Shown: positions 40,688-50,780, counted from the stretch's first letter. The stretch: DNA of 64,000 nucleotides from Candidatus Bathyarchaeota archaeon (GCA_963807605.1 CAWECG010000003.1:512001-576000), one strand, 5' to 3'. Made by a program: numbers and translations. Notes: generated by a model from the sequence alone, not told the origin.

Positions 40688-42691
40688 ATGCGCGAAAAGT
40701 GCGCTCAGCATCAAATAAGGATCCTCCTCTTGACAGCCTTAGTCGTGCTCTTGCTTCTGCCAGGATACACACTGGCCCAGAGGTTGGATTCAGCGTACGG
40801 CAAACACACGATAGTAACTCCCCTTCAGAGAAACCTTGACGCTTACGAACAGGGACCTCTCTGTGTGGGATGCCATAATATGCCGTACCCTCTTCCTCCT
40901 GAGCAGGTGCCACTTTTGGTAACCCGCCCCGCATACGGACCTGTCGATATGGAGGCGGGATTGAAACGGCTAACATATAATTCAGGAAGAAATGTGGGAG
41001 CAGTCTGCAGTCCTAAGGAGAATAAGATAGTCTGGGAGACCGACAGTCTTGGCAACTGGACCATCTGGATAATGAATGACGATGGAAGCGACAAGAAGCA
41101 GTTAACTTCCGAGAATGTGATTAGCGGTTGGCCTTCATGGAGTCCAGACGGCCAACAACTAACATACTGGTCCTATGATCCAACATCAAAGACCACTGAC
41201 ATATGGAAGATGAATAACGACGGAACCTCCAAGGCGAGACTGACAACTGATGGAACCTTCAAAGGCTCTCCACAGTGGAGTCCAAGAGGCGACCGAATAG
41301 CCTACACAGCAAACACGACAGGAAACACGGAAGTATACATCATCAACACCAATGGAACCGGAGAAAGACAGATCACCCACAACCATACATCAACACACTT
41401 TGTAACAACACTCATCACCTGGCACCCAGACGGCCAACGACTATACTATCAAGTAATAACCTCCCCTCTCCCTCCGAATACTTTTCCAACTATAACTGGA
41501 GACGATGTGTTCGAAGAGATATTCGTGGTGAATGTGGACACAGGCTACGAGGCCAATCTGACTCCTCAACTACATGACTATGTTAGAAGCGTAAGCTCAG
41601 ACGGCAAGAAGATGGCCTACATCTCCCTACGCTCACCCAACTACGGCCTCTGGATAATGAATACTGACGGAACCAACCAGACCCGCCTCACCTGGGATGG
41701 TAAGGGTGACAGGGCTCCCAGATTCAGCCCAGACGGCAAGAAAATAGTATACTGGTCAGCGGATTTTGAAATCCCACCCAACATATATATGATAAATGCT
41801 GACGGAAGCAACAAGACATGGTTGAGCACAAGCCCATATCCGAACATGTATCCTTCATGGAGCCCTGATGGCAAAAAGATAATATTCGAATCAAGTAGGG
41901 TCGGCAGCTTCAACATATGGCAGCTCTCACTAGACAGAAAGATAGATGCTGATGTGAGATTCGATGCCTGCCTAGAGAGAGGAGGCAGGGGCATAGCCTC
42001 ATTGACCATCAAGCCAACAGTTAACACTAGCAGCTTGATAAGAGTGGAGAAGGTTGGGCTGCACTTCTACTGGGACGATGATGGTAAGTACATTGAGAAT
42101 TCGAGTTTGGCCCCAACTAATCTCTCTAGCCAGGGTAATGTATTTCAAATCGAATTCTTTGTTCCTGAGAATGCTACGCTGGGGTATCACTTCTACGATG
42201 TCAAGGTTCAGTATTCAGAGGTGAACGACGGGGTTCCCGGTCCGATCAAGGTGTATGAACACTCAGCCGGAGATTTGGAGGTGGGGACCCCAGAACAGGC
42301 ACAATGTGACAGACTTTACGTGGAGCTTGGTGGAAAGCTGGAAGAGCTCCATGGGCAAGCGATAAACCGCTCATTCGCGCTCGGCACCGCTACGTCAGAA
42401 GATACTTTGCCTCTGAAAGGGTACTTCGATTACCTCCGGGGAAAAGACGCAGAATCCTTCCTCAACGCAAACGATGAATTCAACGAAGGAAGATATCTGT
42501 ATCTTGCTGGAGACTATGGTTCAGCTCTATCGCACTTCCAAAGAGTGAAGACTCTTGTCAGTCAGATATCATTAGAATCGATGGGGCAGAGCCCATCCAG
42601 TTTGTCGGTTTTGCTGGCATTATTACCAGTCGCTTTGATCGTAGCCATACTCACCTTCCACATCACGCGAAGAAGAAGAGTAAACCAATAG
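40688..42691 (+). CDS. TolB-like beta-propeller (PD40 repeats), exported and C-terminally anchored, with a CxxCH motif
   Basis: Repeated PSWSPDG; signal peptide; C-terminal TM + RRRR; CVGCH. Confidence 0.85.
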   Translation: MREKCAQHQIRILLLTALVVLLLLPGYTLAQRLDSAYGKHTIVTPLQRNLDAYEQGPLCVGCHNMPYPLPPEQVPLLVTRPAYGPVDMEAGLKRLTYNSGRNVGAVCSPKENKIVWETDSLGNWTIWIMNDDGSDKKQLTSENVISGWPSWSPDGQQLTYWSYDPTSKTTDIWKMNNDGTSKARLTTDGTFKGSPQWSPRGDRIAYTANTTGNTEVYIINTNGTGERQITHNHTSTHFVTTLITWHPDGQRLYYQVITSPLPPNTFPTITGDDVFEEIFVVNVDTGYEANLTPQLHDYVRSVSSDGKKMAYISLRSPNYGLWIMNTDGTNQTRLTWDGKGDRAPRFSPDGKKIVYWSADFEIPPNIYMINADGSNKTWLSTSPYPNMYPSWSPDGKKIIFESSRVGSFNIWQLSLDRKIDADVRFDACLERGGRGIASLTIKPTVNTSSLIRVEKVGLHFYWDDDGKYIENSSLAPTNLSSQGNVFQIEFFVPENATLGYHFYDVKVQYSEVNDGVPGPIKVYEHSAGDLEVGTPEQAQCDRLYVELGGKLEELHGQAINRSFALGTATSEDTLPLKGYFDYLRGKDAESFLNANDEFNEGRYLYLAGDYGSALSHFQRVKTLVSQISLESMGQSPSSLSVLLALLPVALIVAILTFHITRRRRVNQ

Positions 42692-42838
42692 GAGAAAGCC
42701 GAAAACCTCAAGAACTGTAGCCTCTACCTCGCGCGCTACAGAATAACCGAAACGACGACGTCGAGGTGGGTTCAGACTAGAATTGAACTATACAGTGAAA
42801 AATCAATATAGTTCGTCATCCTGAGTAATCCGAATAAG

Positions 42839-43576
42839 ATGATCACTCAAAGCACAGCTCTGATGTTTCTACTTGTGCTCTTGATCAGCCTAACTTTTGC
42901 ACCAAATGTGCAGGCACAGACGACGAGTATTACTAACCTACAATACCCTAACCAGGCAGTATTGCAGAACGGAGTAGCTCATGCAACCGTGACTTATACG
43001 GTTAGTTTTTCCGGTCTTCCCTCGGGTGATATTCTGGCTTTTGGTATCCTTTATGGAGGCACTACAAACTATGTTACGGGATCGGGCACGTCAACGCCTG
43101 ACTCTCCTCAGCCGGTTTTTGCAGGAACAAGGTTTGCTAACTCTGCATTCATCGCAACTCCCCCCGCTTCAAGTTTCGGGACAGAGTCTGTTTCATTCAG
43201 CCTTACATTCAACGCGCCTCAACAGCCCACTCTTATTGCTTTTGCTGTGATAGAGGATAAGACGTTCAAAGTAATTGGCGTGTCCACTGCTGAATCAGAT
43301 TTCACAATTTCTGTAACCGGTCAAGCTGTTCCAACAAACCCGCAAACGACTACAGTCCCGCAAACCACAACGCCTACATCCACACCCACAGAAACACCTA
43401 GTCAAACTCCACCGACAACAGCAACACCTACGCCTACCATAGGACCATCTACCGCTCAACCAAGCTTAGACACCAGTACTCTCGAAATGTTAGCTGGAGG
43501 GGTAATAGTCGTTCTTGTAGTTGCTGGAGTCTTCATCAGAAAGAGAAGGAAAGCCCCCACGAAGGCTTCAGAATAA
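42839..43576 (+). CDS. Secreted protein with Thr/Pro-rich linker and C-terminal membrane anchor
   Basis: Signal peptide, TP-rich stalk, TM + RKRRK. Confidence 0.78.
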   Translation: MITQSTALMFLLVLLISLTFAPNVQAQTTSITNLQYPNQAVLQNGVAHATVTYTVSFSGLPSGDILAFGILYGGTTNYVTGSGTSTPDSPQPVFAGTRFANSAFIATPPASSFGTESVSFSLTFNAPQQPTLIAFAVIEDKTFKVIGVSTAESDFTISVTGQAVPTNPQTTTVPQTTTPTSTPTETPSQTPPTTATPTPTIGPSTAQPSLDTSTLEMLAGGVIVVLVVAGVFIRKRRKAPTKASE

Positions 43577-43744
43577 ACTCACCAGTGGAGCTTTGTTTAT
43601 CTTATTACGCATCTTTGCCAAGTTTTCTATCCTGCTAACACTCTCTTCGATTGACGCTAAGCATCAGTCGTCCAGCCTAGCAAGCCTTCAGATTCTAGTG
43701 GTGGGTATCTTTTGATGAGGGCGGCCAAATCTGAACCGCTAGGC

Positions 43745-43848
43745 ACTAGAGTACTAATTGCTGCATCCAGTAAATTCATTTGACCAAGCGCGATGTAATG
43801 ATGCGGCCGCCGGGACTTGATTTGCCAGACATGAATTAGTACTCTAGT
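43745..43848. repeat. 15-bp perfect inverted repeat enclosing a tRNA-3'-end-like sequence
   Basis: ACTAGAGTACTAATT (43745-43759) ... AATTAGTACTCTAGT (43834-43848). Confidence 0.8.
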
Positions 43849-43869
43849 TGAATGGTTCAATTTTAGATG

Positions 43870-43946
43870 CTCTCACCAGTTATGGCACACACACAATTCT
43901 AACGTTCAAATTACGACCCTCTCACCAGCTATGGCACACACAATTC
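43870..43946 (+). repeat. ~28-30-bp direct repeat pair
   Basis: CTCTCACCAG(T/C)TATGGCACAC(AC)ACAATTC at 43870 and 43919. Confidence 0.8.
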
Positions 43947-44096
43947 CTCCCCTCATGTTGGGGAAAGAATTCCCCAAACCCCTTCTTTATTTTACGGATG
44001 GCTCGCTACGCTCGCTCAGAGATACACACAGCGACGCGCGCTAGATACTCAAATCTTTATGAACGTCTAAAACAAGCCAAAATCTGAGGGATTGTA

Positions 44097-44735
44097 ATGT
44101 TTGTCGGCCACTTCGCTGTGGCGTTTCTGTTAATGTGGCTTTTTCCGAATGTGAATCCACTAGTGCCGCTCATTGGCGTGAGCTTTCCCGATTTGCTTTG
44201 GCCATTCCTTGTTCTTTCAGGAGTCGAGAAAGTTTCTGTGAATCCTGATTCTCCGTTACAGAAGGATCTTAATTTTCTGAGTTATCCTTTCTCTCATTCT
44301 CTGGTCGTAGGGACAGTTATTGCGTCGGGCTTTGGGGTAATCCTCAGTTTGGTATTGGGTCCCTTGTCTGGTGCTGTGTTTGTACTTGCTTCCGCGTCTC
44401 ATTGGATTCTTGACATTTCAGTGCACATGAAAAATCTGCCAGTGACAGGGATGCGCAGAGATAGAAAGGTGGGGTTTGGATTGTGGGGGCGTCCAAAACT
44501 TGCCTTCATCTTGGAATATCTATTCTACGCGGTGATGACATTACTGTTTGTGCCGTCATCCCAAGTTATGGCGATATTGATTCTTGGAGGCGTCTTTCAT
44601 CTGATCAACTCCAACTCATTCTTAGGATTTACGAAGAGGAACCCTACGAGAACACCGAGAGCTTATGCTGGACTGACGTTGTTCGGATTCAGCGCCTTCA
44701 TCCTCGCCTTTGTGCTTGTTATTGGGAAGCTGTGA
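44097..44735 (+). CDS. Membrane protein, metal-dependent hydrolase-like
   Basis: MFVGH, PDLL, FSHS, SHWILD..VH. Confidence 0.75.
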   Translation: MFVGHFAVAFLLMWLFPNVNPLVPLIGVSFPDLLWPFLVLSGVEKVSVNPDSPLQKDLNFLSYPFSHSLVVGTVIASGFGVILSLVLGPLSGAVFVLASASHWILDISVHMKNLPVTGMRRDRKVGFGLWGRPKLAFILEYLFYAVMTLLFVPSSQVMAILILGGVFHLINSNSFLGFTKRNPTRTPRAYAGLTLFGFSAFILAFVLVIGKL

Positions 44736-45112
44736 ATCGAGTCTGAGGAATAAGAGATGGAGGAAAAATCGAAATCCCTTAAACGCGTCTGGCTGGCACT
44801 GGGCCTGCCGCCCGTCTTTTTCCTGCTCCCATAGTCGTCGCGATGGTTTACTTCGGCGCGAAAGGCCAAACCGATCCGGGACAGATCAGCCACTCTGTGG
44901 CCAACTCCATGCCGTATGTTCTCGTCATCATCCAGCCCATTCTGCTCTTCTTCTGTGGCTGGGTCGTCAGTTCACCGACGCCAGCCAAGGTGTACAAACA
45001 AAAAGAGGTTATCAATAGATAGATCTTAGGCTATGAAGTGGGGTTGACCTTTGTGCATGTGCTCTGAATACGGACTGGCTTAGGTGGAAGGCTTCGTCTG
45101 GCTGTCTGCGAC

Positions 45113-45397
45113 TTACCGTTTTCGCTTCAATTCTTCATATTCTTTTTCAGTCATTCTCTCCAGAGCAGCTCTTCCTGGAAAAACAAAGACAGCTAAGAAG
45201 TGAAAGAAAAGTCCTACTCCCCATCCCGCAAGTGGAAAAATAAACCATGGAAAACCTCTAGAGGTGAAAAACCAGATGACAAAGAGCAGAGCATTAATCA
45301 CGATATAAACCACAAAATGCCAATAGAACCCGAGTTTTGCTTCTGCACGTCTTCTCGCTTCCTTCCTCAATTCGGCATCTTCCAAGAGTATCCCCAA
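45113..45397 (-). CDS. 2TM domain protein
   Basis: GFYWHFVVY..IN, WFIFPLAGWG.GL..H. Confidence 0.85.
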   Translation of the reverse strand: MGILLEDAELRKEARRRAEAKLGFYWHFVVYIVINALLFVIWFFTSRGFPWFIFPLAGWGVGLFFHFLAVFVFPGRAALERMTEKEYEELKRKR

Positions 45398-45543
45398 CAG
45401 ATAGGCGATCTATATCGTATATAACCTCTGGCACGGCTAACAAGTTATGCCAGAACCACTAGTACAGATCCTAACGCACTCAATTCATAACCGGCAACCA
45501 GACATGAGCGTGCGCATCTGTGTCGCTACTGTTAGAATTAGCG

Positions 45544-45918
45544 CTAGCCCTTAGGTCTTGACGACAGTGCAAGTGCACCGCCAATGATGCCGAGTATCGC
45601 CCCAACAAGGAAGCCGCTCATAGATCCTCCGAAGAGGCTAACGATGGAGAAGACTAGTATCATAGTTCCCCACATGGTACAGCACGCGCGCATGCCGTGC
45701 ATAGCTTCTCCAGGACGAATCTTAAGCATGATGGCGGAAATCAACACGATTATTCCCGATATTAATCCGAGAACCCTCGTTCCTGCCATTGCGGCGTAAG
45801 CTAGCTTCCCCATCGTCCCGATCCCCCACATCGTTGTATAGATGTTGCCCAGAATAATCAAGATCCCCGCAACTAGTGAGATGATAAATGCTGTTGTCAG
45901 CTTCTCAGTTTCTGACAT
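45544..45918 (-). CDS. Four-TM membrane protein (DUF6114-like)
   Basis: AFIISLVAGILI, GLISG, GFLVGAILGIIGG. Confidence 0.75.
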   Translation of the reverse strand: MSETEKLTTAFIISLVAGILIILGNIYTTMWGIGTMGKLAYAAMAGTRVLGLISGIIVLISAIMLKIRPGEAMHGMRACCTMWGTMILVFSIVSLFGGSMSGFLVGAILGIIGGALALSSRPKG

Positions 45919-46120
45919 CTTTTCACCTCTGCAAAGACTTCAACGTACAGAATATATAACCTGACTTCAGTGGTTACTATAGCAGAGCGGGCGCTGCAAT
46001 TTGATTTGTTTGTTCTTTGGAGATTCAACGAAGCCTGTGGATCGGCGAAATTTCATCCTTTGATACGCGCTCGTGTACCAATAAATATCAGAAAGCGGTA
46101 ATATCTTACGCTGATAATGT

Positions 46121-46357
46121 ATGCCTGTAGCGTTTGTCCTAATAAATGCTGAACTTGGAGAAGAGCAGGGTATCCTCAAGGAACTGAGAAGCATCCCCAG
46201 CGTCAAGGAAGCACACTTCGTTTACGGCGTCTACGACATCATCGTCAAAGTCGAAGCAGAGAGTGCGGAGAAACTTAAGGAGATTGTGACAGTCAGGATC
46301 CGAAGGTTACCAGATGTTAGAAGCACCTTAACCATGACCGTGGCTGAGGGCATTTAG
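46121..46357 (+). CDS. Lrp/AsnC ligand-binding-domain-only protein
   Basis: AFVLINAE.G, VYGVYDIIVKV, VRSTLT. Confidence 0.9.
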   Translation: MPVAFVLINAELGEEQGILKELRSIPSVKEAHFVYGVYDIIVKVEAESAEKLKEIVTVRIRRLPDVRSTLTMTVAEGI

Positions 46358-46610
46358 AGCCCGCGTGCGTGATTGCTTTTTTGTCTTCAATTCTGAGATC
46401 CACAATTTACTAACAGCAGCGGATCATTTGCAAGTTGCTAGTCAAGAATTAGTTCGTCTCTTTCTTGGAAAGAAATACGATTCAGTTTAACCGCTGGGAC
46501 CATTATTCGGGTTAGATCTGGTAGCAAAGTGGGGTAAATTCTGGAAATTCCCTAAATAGGCTGTGATGCCATGCAGCTAAAAGAACACAGGATGTTGCTA
46601 GCGCGCGCTT

Positions 46611-46694
46611 GTTGATTTGGCAGCTCTGTTGGCATGGATCGTCGTGCTACAGGCACTAGCAATCATCGTATTGAACAAAAAGTCACGGGTTTAG
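46611..46694 (+). pseudogene. 3' fragment of a third ABC-2 permease paralog
   Basis: VDLAALLAWIVVLQALAIIVLNKKSRV* vs VDVAALLVWVVVLQMLAVIVLNKKMEF*; starts right after AGCGCGCGCT. Confidence 0.8.
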
Positions 46695-46773
46695 TTAACT
46701 AGAGGCGTGATATCCAATCAGAAGCACGCTGGCTTGCTTTCGTTCTAAGGTCACGCGCGCGAACCTTATGGAA

Positions 46774-47133
46774 TCAGATTGATGTCCCTACGTACGATAC
46801 TTGTGTTGACTGAAGAGGTGTCTTCCCACTTATCCACTTAGCTTTAAACATTGAGAATCCGGGTAACTGATCTGACATAACAGTCGCATTTGCTTCTCCG
46901 TTAACCAACGTTAGTTTCACATTTTTAGATGAGTCTTTGAAGTGTATGCGACTTTCATTGTTTATTGAGAGTTCCACGACATCATCCCTGGAGGTTGCAA
47001 TCTGGCCTCCGTCGGTCACAGCGGCGACTCGAATTGTCTTTTCAGTTGACCTCTCTATTCCTGGCAAAAATATTACCAGGCGCGTTGCTTCTAGTTCTTT
47101 CTTCTGGTCGGGTTCAGACTTCGTTTTATCCAT
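46774..47133 (-). CDS. Small Ig-like beta protein, paralog of 59946..60410
   Basis: ATRL, SR.D.V.L, L.NG.A shared with 59946..60410. Confidence 0.65.
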   Translation of the reverse strand: MDKTKSEPDQKKELEATRLVIFLPGIERSTEKTIRVAAVTDGGQIATSRDDVVELSINNESRIHFKDSSKNVKLTLVNGEANATVMSDQLPGFSMFKAKWISGKTPLQSTQVSYVGTSI

Positions 47134-47173
47134 TATGCGGATCCTTCTAAAGTGATTGCAGCTACGCGCGCGT

Positions 47174-47345
47174 AACCGTTGAAGAGTAGGAGTAATAAGG
47201 CTTCTCATCATCCTTGGTGACGCCTAAGCCTATCAACACATCATCAGCATCAAGGAACCTGTAGAGTTCCTCACAGCTTTCGACCCGCCTCAAACGTTTA
47301 ACAAGCTCAGCCCTGAACATGCCAAGCATGACTGGGTATGGGGCT
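47174..47345 (-). pseudogene. Transposase-like N-terminal fragment
   Basis: PYPVMLGMFRAELVKRLRRVESCEELYRFL resembles IS4/IS5-type (DUF772-like) N-termini; ends at ACGCGCGCGT. Confidence 0.45.
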
Positions 47346-47548
47346 CATCGATCTTCTCATCAAAAACTAGTATACGTCTACATGTTAACCAATAGAATAT
47401 AGCAAGAAGCTCGACCGTATGAATCAGTACTGCCTAGTTAGTGTCGAGAATGGTCTGATAACCCTAAAGACGATACGCAAGTCAGGTTTAACACGCGCGC
47501 GTTCGCGCCCATTCATGTCCTAGTGAGTCTCACTTTTCTTAAAGACAT

Positions 47549-47950
47549 CTAGAGCTTTGATATAGACACCGCAATTTTTGGAGGATTCATCAAAGTATTG
47601 TGGACAGTGCAATGCTTGACCATTCTGATGATTGCCTGCTCCAGATCGGGATTAATGTCTTGTTTTAGGCCTATCCTTGCTTTGACCTCACCGATTCTTG
47701 AGGGGTTTTTGGTCATTTGCCATTCCAAGTCTATTTTCATGTTCTCAGATGGAATTTTGTGGCGGTCACAGAAGATTTTGGCGTAGACTCCTATGCAGCA
47801 GCCTAGTGATGAGGCGAATAATTCAACAGGGGTCATCCCGGTGTCTTCACCTTCTTCCTCAAGAGGCTGGTCTGAGACTATTTGGTGTCCTCTACATTCT
47901 GCATTAAACTTCCAACGCCCTACGTTGGATATCTCTATGCGCATACTCAC
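47549..47950 (-). CDS. OsmC family protein
   Basis: DQP...GEDTGMTPVELFASSLGCC, HCTVHNTL. Confidence 0.9.
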   Translation of the reverse strand: MSMRIEISNVGRWKFNAECRGHQIVSDQPLEEEGEDTGMTPVELFASSLGCCIGVYAKIFCDRHKIPSENMKIDLEWQMTKNPSRIGEVKARIGLKQDINPDLEQAIIRMVKHCTVHNTLMNPPKIAVSISKL

Positions 47951-48076
47951 ATCTCTATCTGGGTAAGTTCACCCTCTATGACCAAAGCAATTCCCCGTGT
48001 CGATTACGTGCCAACGTACCTAATTGGCAGGCAAAGGTGTAACCCCAAGGTCCGTCTCGGCAAATGTCTACGTTTG

Positions 48077-48586
48077 CTAGACCACATCCAGCAGAATTTC
48101 GACAGTCCACTTTGCAGCTTTCCCAACAACATCCGGACACTTATCTGTGTGTCCTCCTGCTTTGTTGAATTCTTCACGTTCCTTGGGATCCCACAAGTTG
48201 TAGGATCTTCCCATGATCTTCGTCTGGACATCTTTGCAGAGGATGCTTCCATATTCTTCTATGAATTTGTCGTGGAGCTTTTTGGAAAGGGTCATACATT
48301 TCTCTCTTTGTCCGAGGTTTGGGAATTCTTCACGACCATATCTTTGACTTATAGCCGCCACACCGCCTGAAAGAGCACCGCACGTTCCGTTTCCTGTGCG
48401 ACCTAATCCTCCAGCCAGTCCATCGATCGCTTTAAAGATCTCCTCGTTTCTTTTTCCTAGAACTTCGCTGAAAGCTGCAAAGACACATTGTGAACAGCTA
48501 CCGTATTCCCTCTCAAAATTGAAACCTAGCTCATAAGCACGTTTCATCAAGTCTTCTTTGTCTGACTTAACCAAACACTTCACCAT
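48077..48586 (-). CDS. C-GCAxxG-C-C family redox protein
   Basis: CSQ, GGLG..G.TCGALSG, GSILC, KC. Confidence 0.88.
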   Translation of the reverse strand: MVKCLVKSDKEDLMKRAYELGFNFEREYGSCSQCVFAAFSEVLGKRNEEIFKAIDGLAGGLGRTGNGTCGALSGGVAAISQRYGREEFPNLGQREKCMTLSKKLHDKFIEEYGSILCKDVQTKIMGRSYNLWDPKEREEFNKAGGHTDKCPDVVGKAAKWTVEILLDVV

Positions 48587-48682
48587 AGATTGCGTGAGCG
48601 GCAATAGCGTGCTTTGCAATTAATGAATATTCCGAATCTACATGTACGATCTTCGATGTTTACCATGGAATGATAAGATACT

Positions 48683-49654
48683 TCAGTTTTGGTATGCCTT
48701 CTTTTTGAAACCTGCTTCCCATAGGAGCCTTTGGCACTGTTCAACTGAAAATCCTCTGCTTCCGATGCTCGATGTATCTCTTGGATTAGGGCCTGTCTCA
48801 GCCCAGATCAGGTTTGCCCCAGCAAGAAGCGACGCCAGGTTCGGTTCATGAGTACAGTGTGCAATTACTGAGTTCCCCATAACTATTCTTGTGATCGCGA
48901 CAATCTTTGCCAAGTCTATCCACTCGATTTCCCCATACTTGCAAAGTGGTGTGCCTGAGGCTGAGGTTCTCCTCATCGCTCCACTAAAGGCCACACCAAG
49001 CTCCTTGCCGAGAAACATCAGGTCAACAATTTCCTCGTCTTGATGTTCTGGACCTATTGGTTCAACGCAGAAGAAGACCTTCAAACCAGCCCTCTTCGAG
49101 TGCGCAATAGTTGCCTTCCTCGTTTCCGGGCTGATCTCTGTATCTTTTCCCTCCCTCAATCTCACTGCATGATAAACCGCTGTAAAGCCGGTGTCTGAGA
49201 GTTCCTGAGCCTCAGCCGACCCAAAATCACCAATATTGGCAACCAGCGGTATTCTTGGAGAAATCGCCTTCCTGACATCTCTTCCAATACTTATGTATTT
49301 ATCGAAGTCAAACCCCGCGGTCGTCATAAGATAGACGGCAGCAGCCCCAGCTCTCTCAAAGTCCTTTGCCCTAACAACAACCTCTTCCTTTCTGAGTTCA
49401 ATGTGTTCCAAAGCAGTGTTTCCGAAAACACAGAAACGACATTTCTTCGGGCATTGCGCATAATCGATCCCTATCTGAGCATGAACCTCACCCACACCAT
49501 CAGACATGTTTCTGGTGAGCCTATTCGCTACAAAAAACAACTCGTACATTTCTGAAGAGTGATGTTCGATCTCAATCAGCCTCAAACATTGGCTTCTCGA
49601 TATCTTCTCTCCAGCAAGAGACCGCTGAAGAATCTCCCTGACATTCTCGGCCAT
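48683..49654 (-). CDS. BioB-like radical SAM protein
   Basis: CPKKCRFC, YHAVRLREG, CVEPIGPEH, CTHEP, AETGPNPRD. Confidence 0.85.
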   Translation of the reverse strand: MAENVREILQRSLAGEKISRSQCLRLIEIEHHSSEMYELFFVANRLTRNMSDGVGEVHAQIGIDYAQCPKKCRFCVFGNTALEHIELRKEEVVVRAKDFERAGAAAVYLMTTAGFDFDKYISIGRDVRKAISPRIPLVANIGDFGSAEAQELSDTGFTAVYHAVRLREGKDTEISPETRKATIAHSKRAGLKVFFCVEPIGPEHQDEEIVDLMFLGKELGVAFSGAMRRTSASGTPLCKYGEIEWIDLAKIVAITRIVMGNSVIAHCTHEPNLASLLAGANLIWAETGPNPRDTSSIGSRGFSVEQCQRLLWEAGFKKKAYQN

Positions 49655-49741
49655 ATGTATCCGCTCAAGATACTCTACAGGTTTTTAGGCCTCATGCGCT
49701 CCGAGGGCTGTCCGCTTAGAACGCACGCATTCCTTGACTCC

Positions 49742-50116
49742 TCATTCGTTCAGGTGAGATTGGCACAAGCTATCTTCTGTTATTGGAAGGGTCTTGTCCG
49801 TCAGGTACGATTCAATAGCGTCTGCCACAGTTCCGGTGATCCCGCACCGCACCTCGATTCCTAGTTGTCTGCAGGCCGAATACGGACGCATCCCCATACC
49901 GGTTACTAAAATCAAACCGACTCCATTTTCCACAAGCATCCGAACCGTGCCAGCGCATTCAGTGTGTGCCGTGTTCGAAAGTGACTCGACATCCTTTATC
50001 TTCCCACTCTCCAGCTTTACTATCGCGTAAGAATCGCATCGCCCAAAGTGAGGTGATACAAGCGCTCCAAGATTCGCTTGACCGACGCAGGGTACCGCTA
50101 CTGTTCCTTTATTCAT
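49742..50116 (-). CDS. NifB/NifX family FeMo-cluster-binding protein
   Basis: VSPHFGRC, GMG.R; true start MNKGTVAVP at 50116. Confidence 0.88.
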   Translation of the reverse strand: MNKGTVAVPCVGQANLGALVSPHFGRCDSYAIVKLESGKIKDVESLSNTAHTECAGTVRMLVENGVGLILVTGMGMRPYSACRQLGIEVRCGITGTVADAIESYLTDKTLPITEDSLCQSHLNE

Positions 50117-50129
50117 ATCCCTAACCGGG

Positions 50130-50160
50130 ATAGCGAATACATATTCATAACTAATAAATA
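50130..50160 (-). promoter_or_regulatory. TATA plus palindromic operator GTTATGAATA-NN-TATTCGCTAT
   Basis: Minus strand TATTTATTA directly followed by the palindrome, upstream of the NifX gene. Confidence 0.65.
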
Positions 50161-50527
50161 TTTTGAATTGGTAAAGTACATAGCGCAAGCTTAAATTGAG
50201 ATGCGTGTTGGCTAACTCCCGTCCGAGCAGTCTGTTGTTTTGAGCAGTGCGTGCAGGGGATGCCGACGACCCCTCGCTCATGATTTCGCGATAGTAAAAT
50301 AGTCATATATGCCCTGTACAAATACATCAAGCCCTAGGCAGACTCACACATCGACGACAACTGTTACTAAGTTCCATCTCTTTTCTTCCACAACTATTTT
50401 CTGACCTCGATCCTAATTACACATCAACAGAGTGCGCTAGAATCGATTTGGTGATGAGGCGCTCACACGCGCGCGAAACGAACGAAAGGACATGGTGGAC
50501 TGGTCGGGGTCCGCAGCGTTTTCGCTT

Positions 50528-50728
50528 CTAGAATGGGGTACGAGATTCACTCAGGTTCATACGCGCCCCCAAGACCAGACGGCCGATAATGACGTCGGGA
50601 CCCGCAAGACCGGCAGTTATTCCCGTTACAGCGAATATGCCTGCGCCTATAATAGCACCTATGCCCACGGCCGTGGCGTCGAATACTCCTAAACTCGGCT
50701 TGAGCTGACCTCTTGAAGGTCTATCCAT
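50528..50728 (-). pseudogene. 5' fragment of an APC amino-acid permease
   Basis: LKPSLGVFDATAVGIGAIIGAGIF..TG..AGLAGP then similarity is lost. Confidence 0.8.
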
Positions 50729-50780
50729 TCTGTATCCCGAGTCAACGGCTATTTCAAGAATCTTCGCGCTTGAAAACAGG

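Noticed and set aside
43802-43820. Intact tRNA gene
   Set aside because: Only a 3'-end-like 19-mer; no D-arm or anticodon arm.
43870-43946. Possible mini-CRISPR
   Set aside because: Only two imperfect repeats, spacer about 19 nt, no cas genes.
44757-45018. Membrane-protein ORF after 44735
   Set aside because: Broken by stops and frame changes; family cannot be supported.
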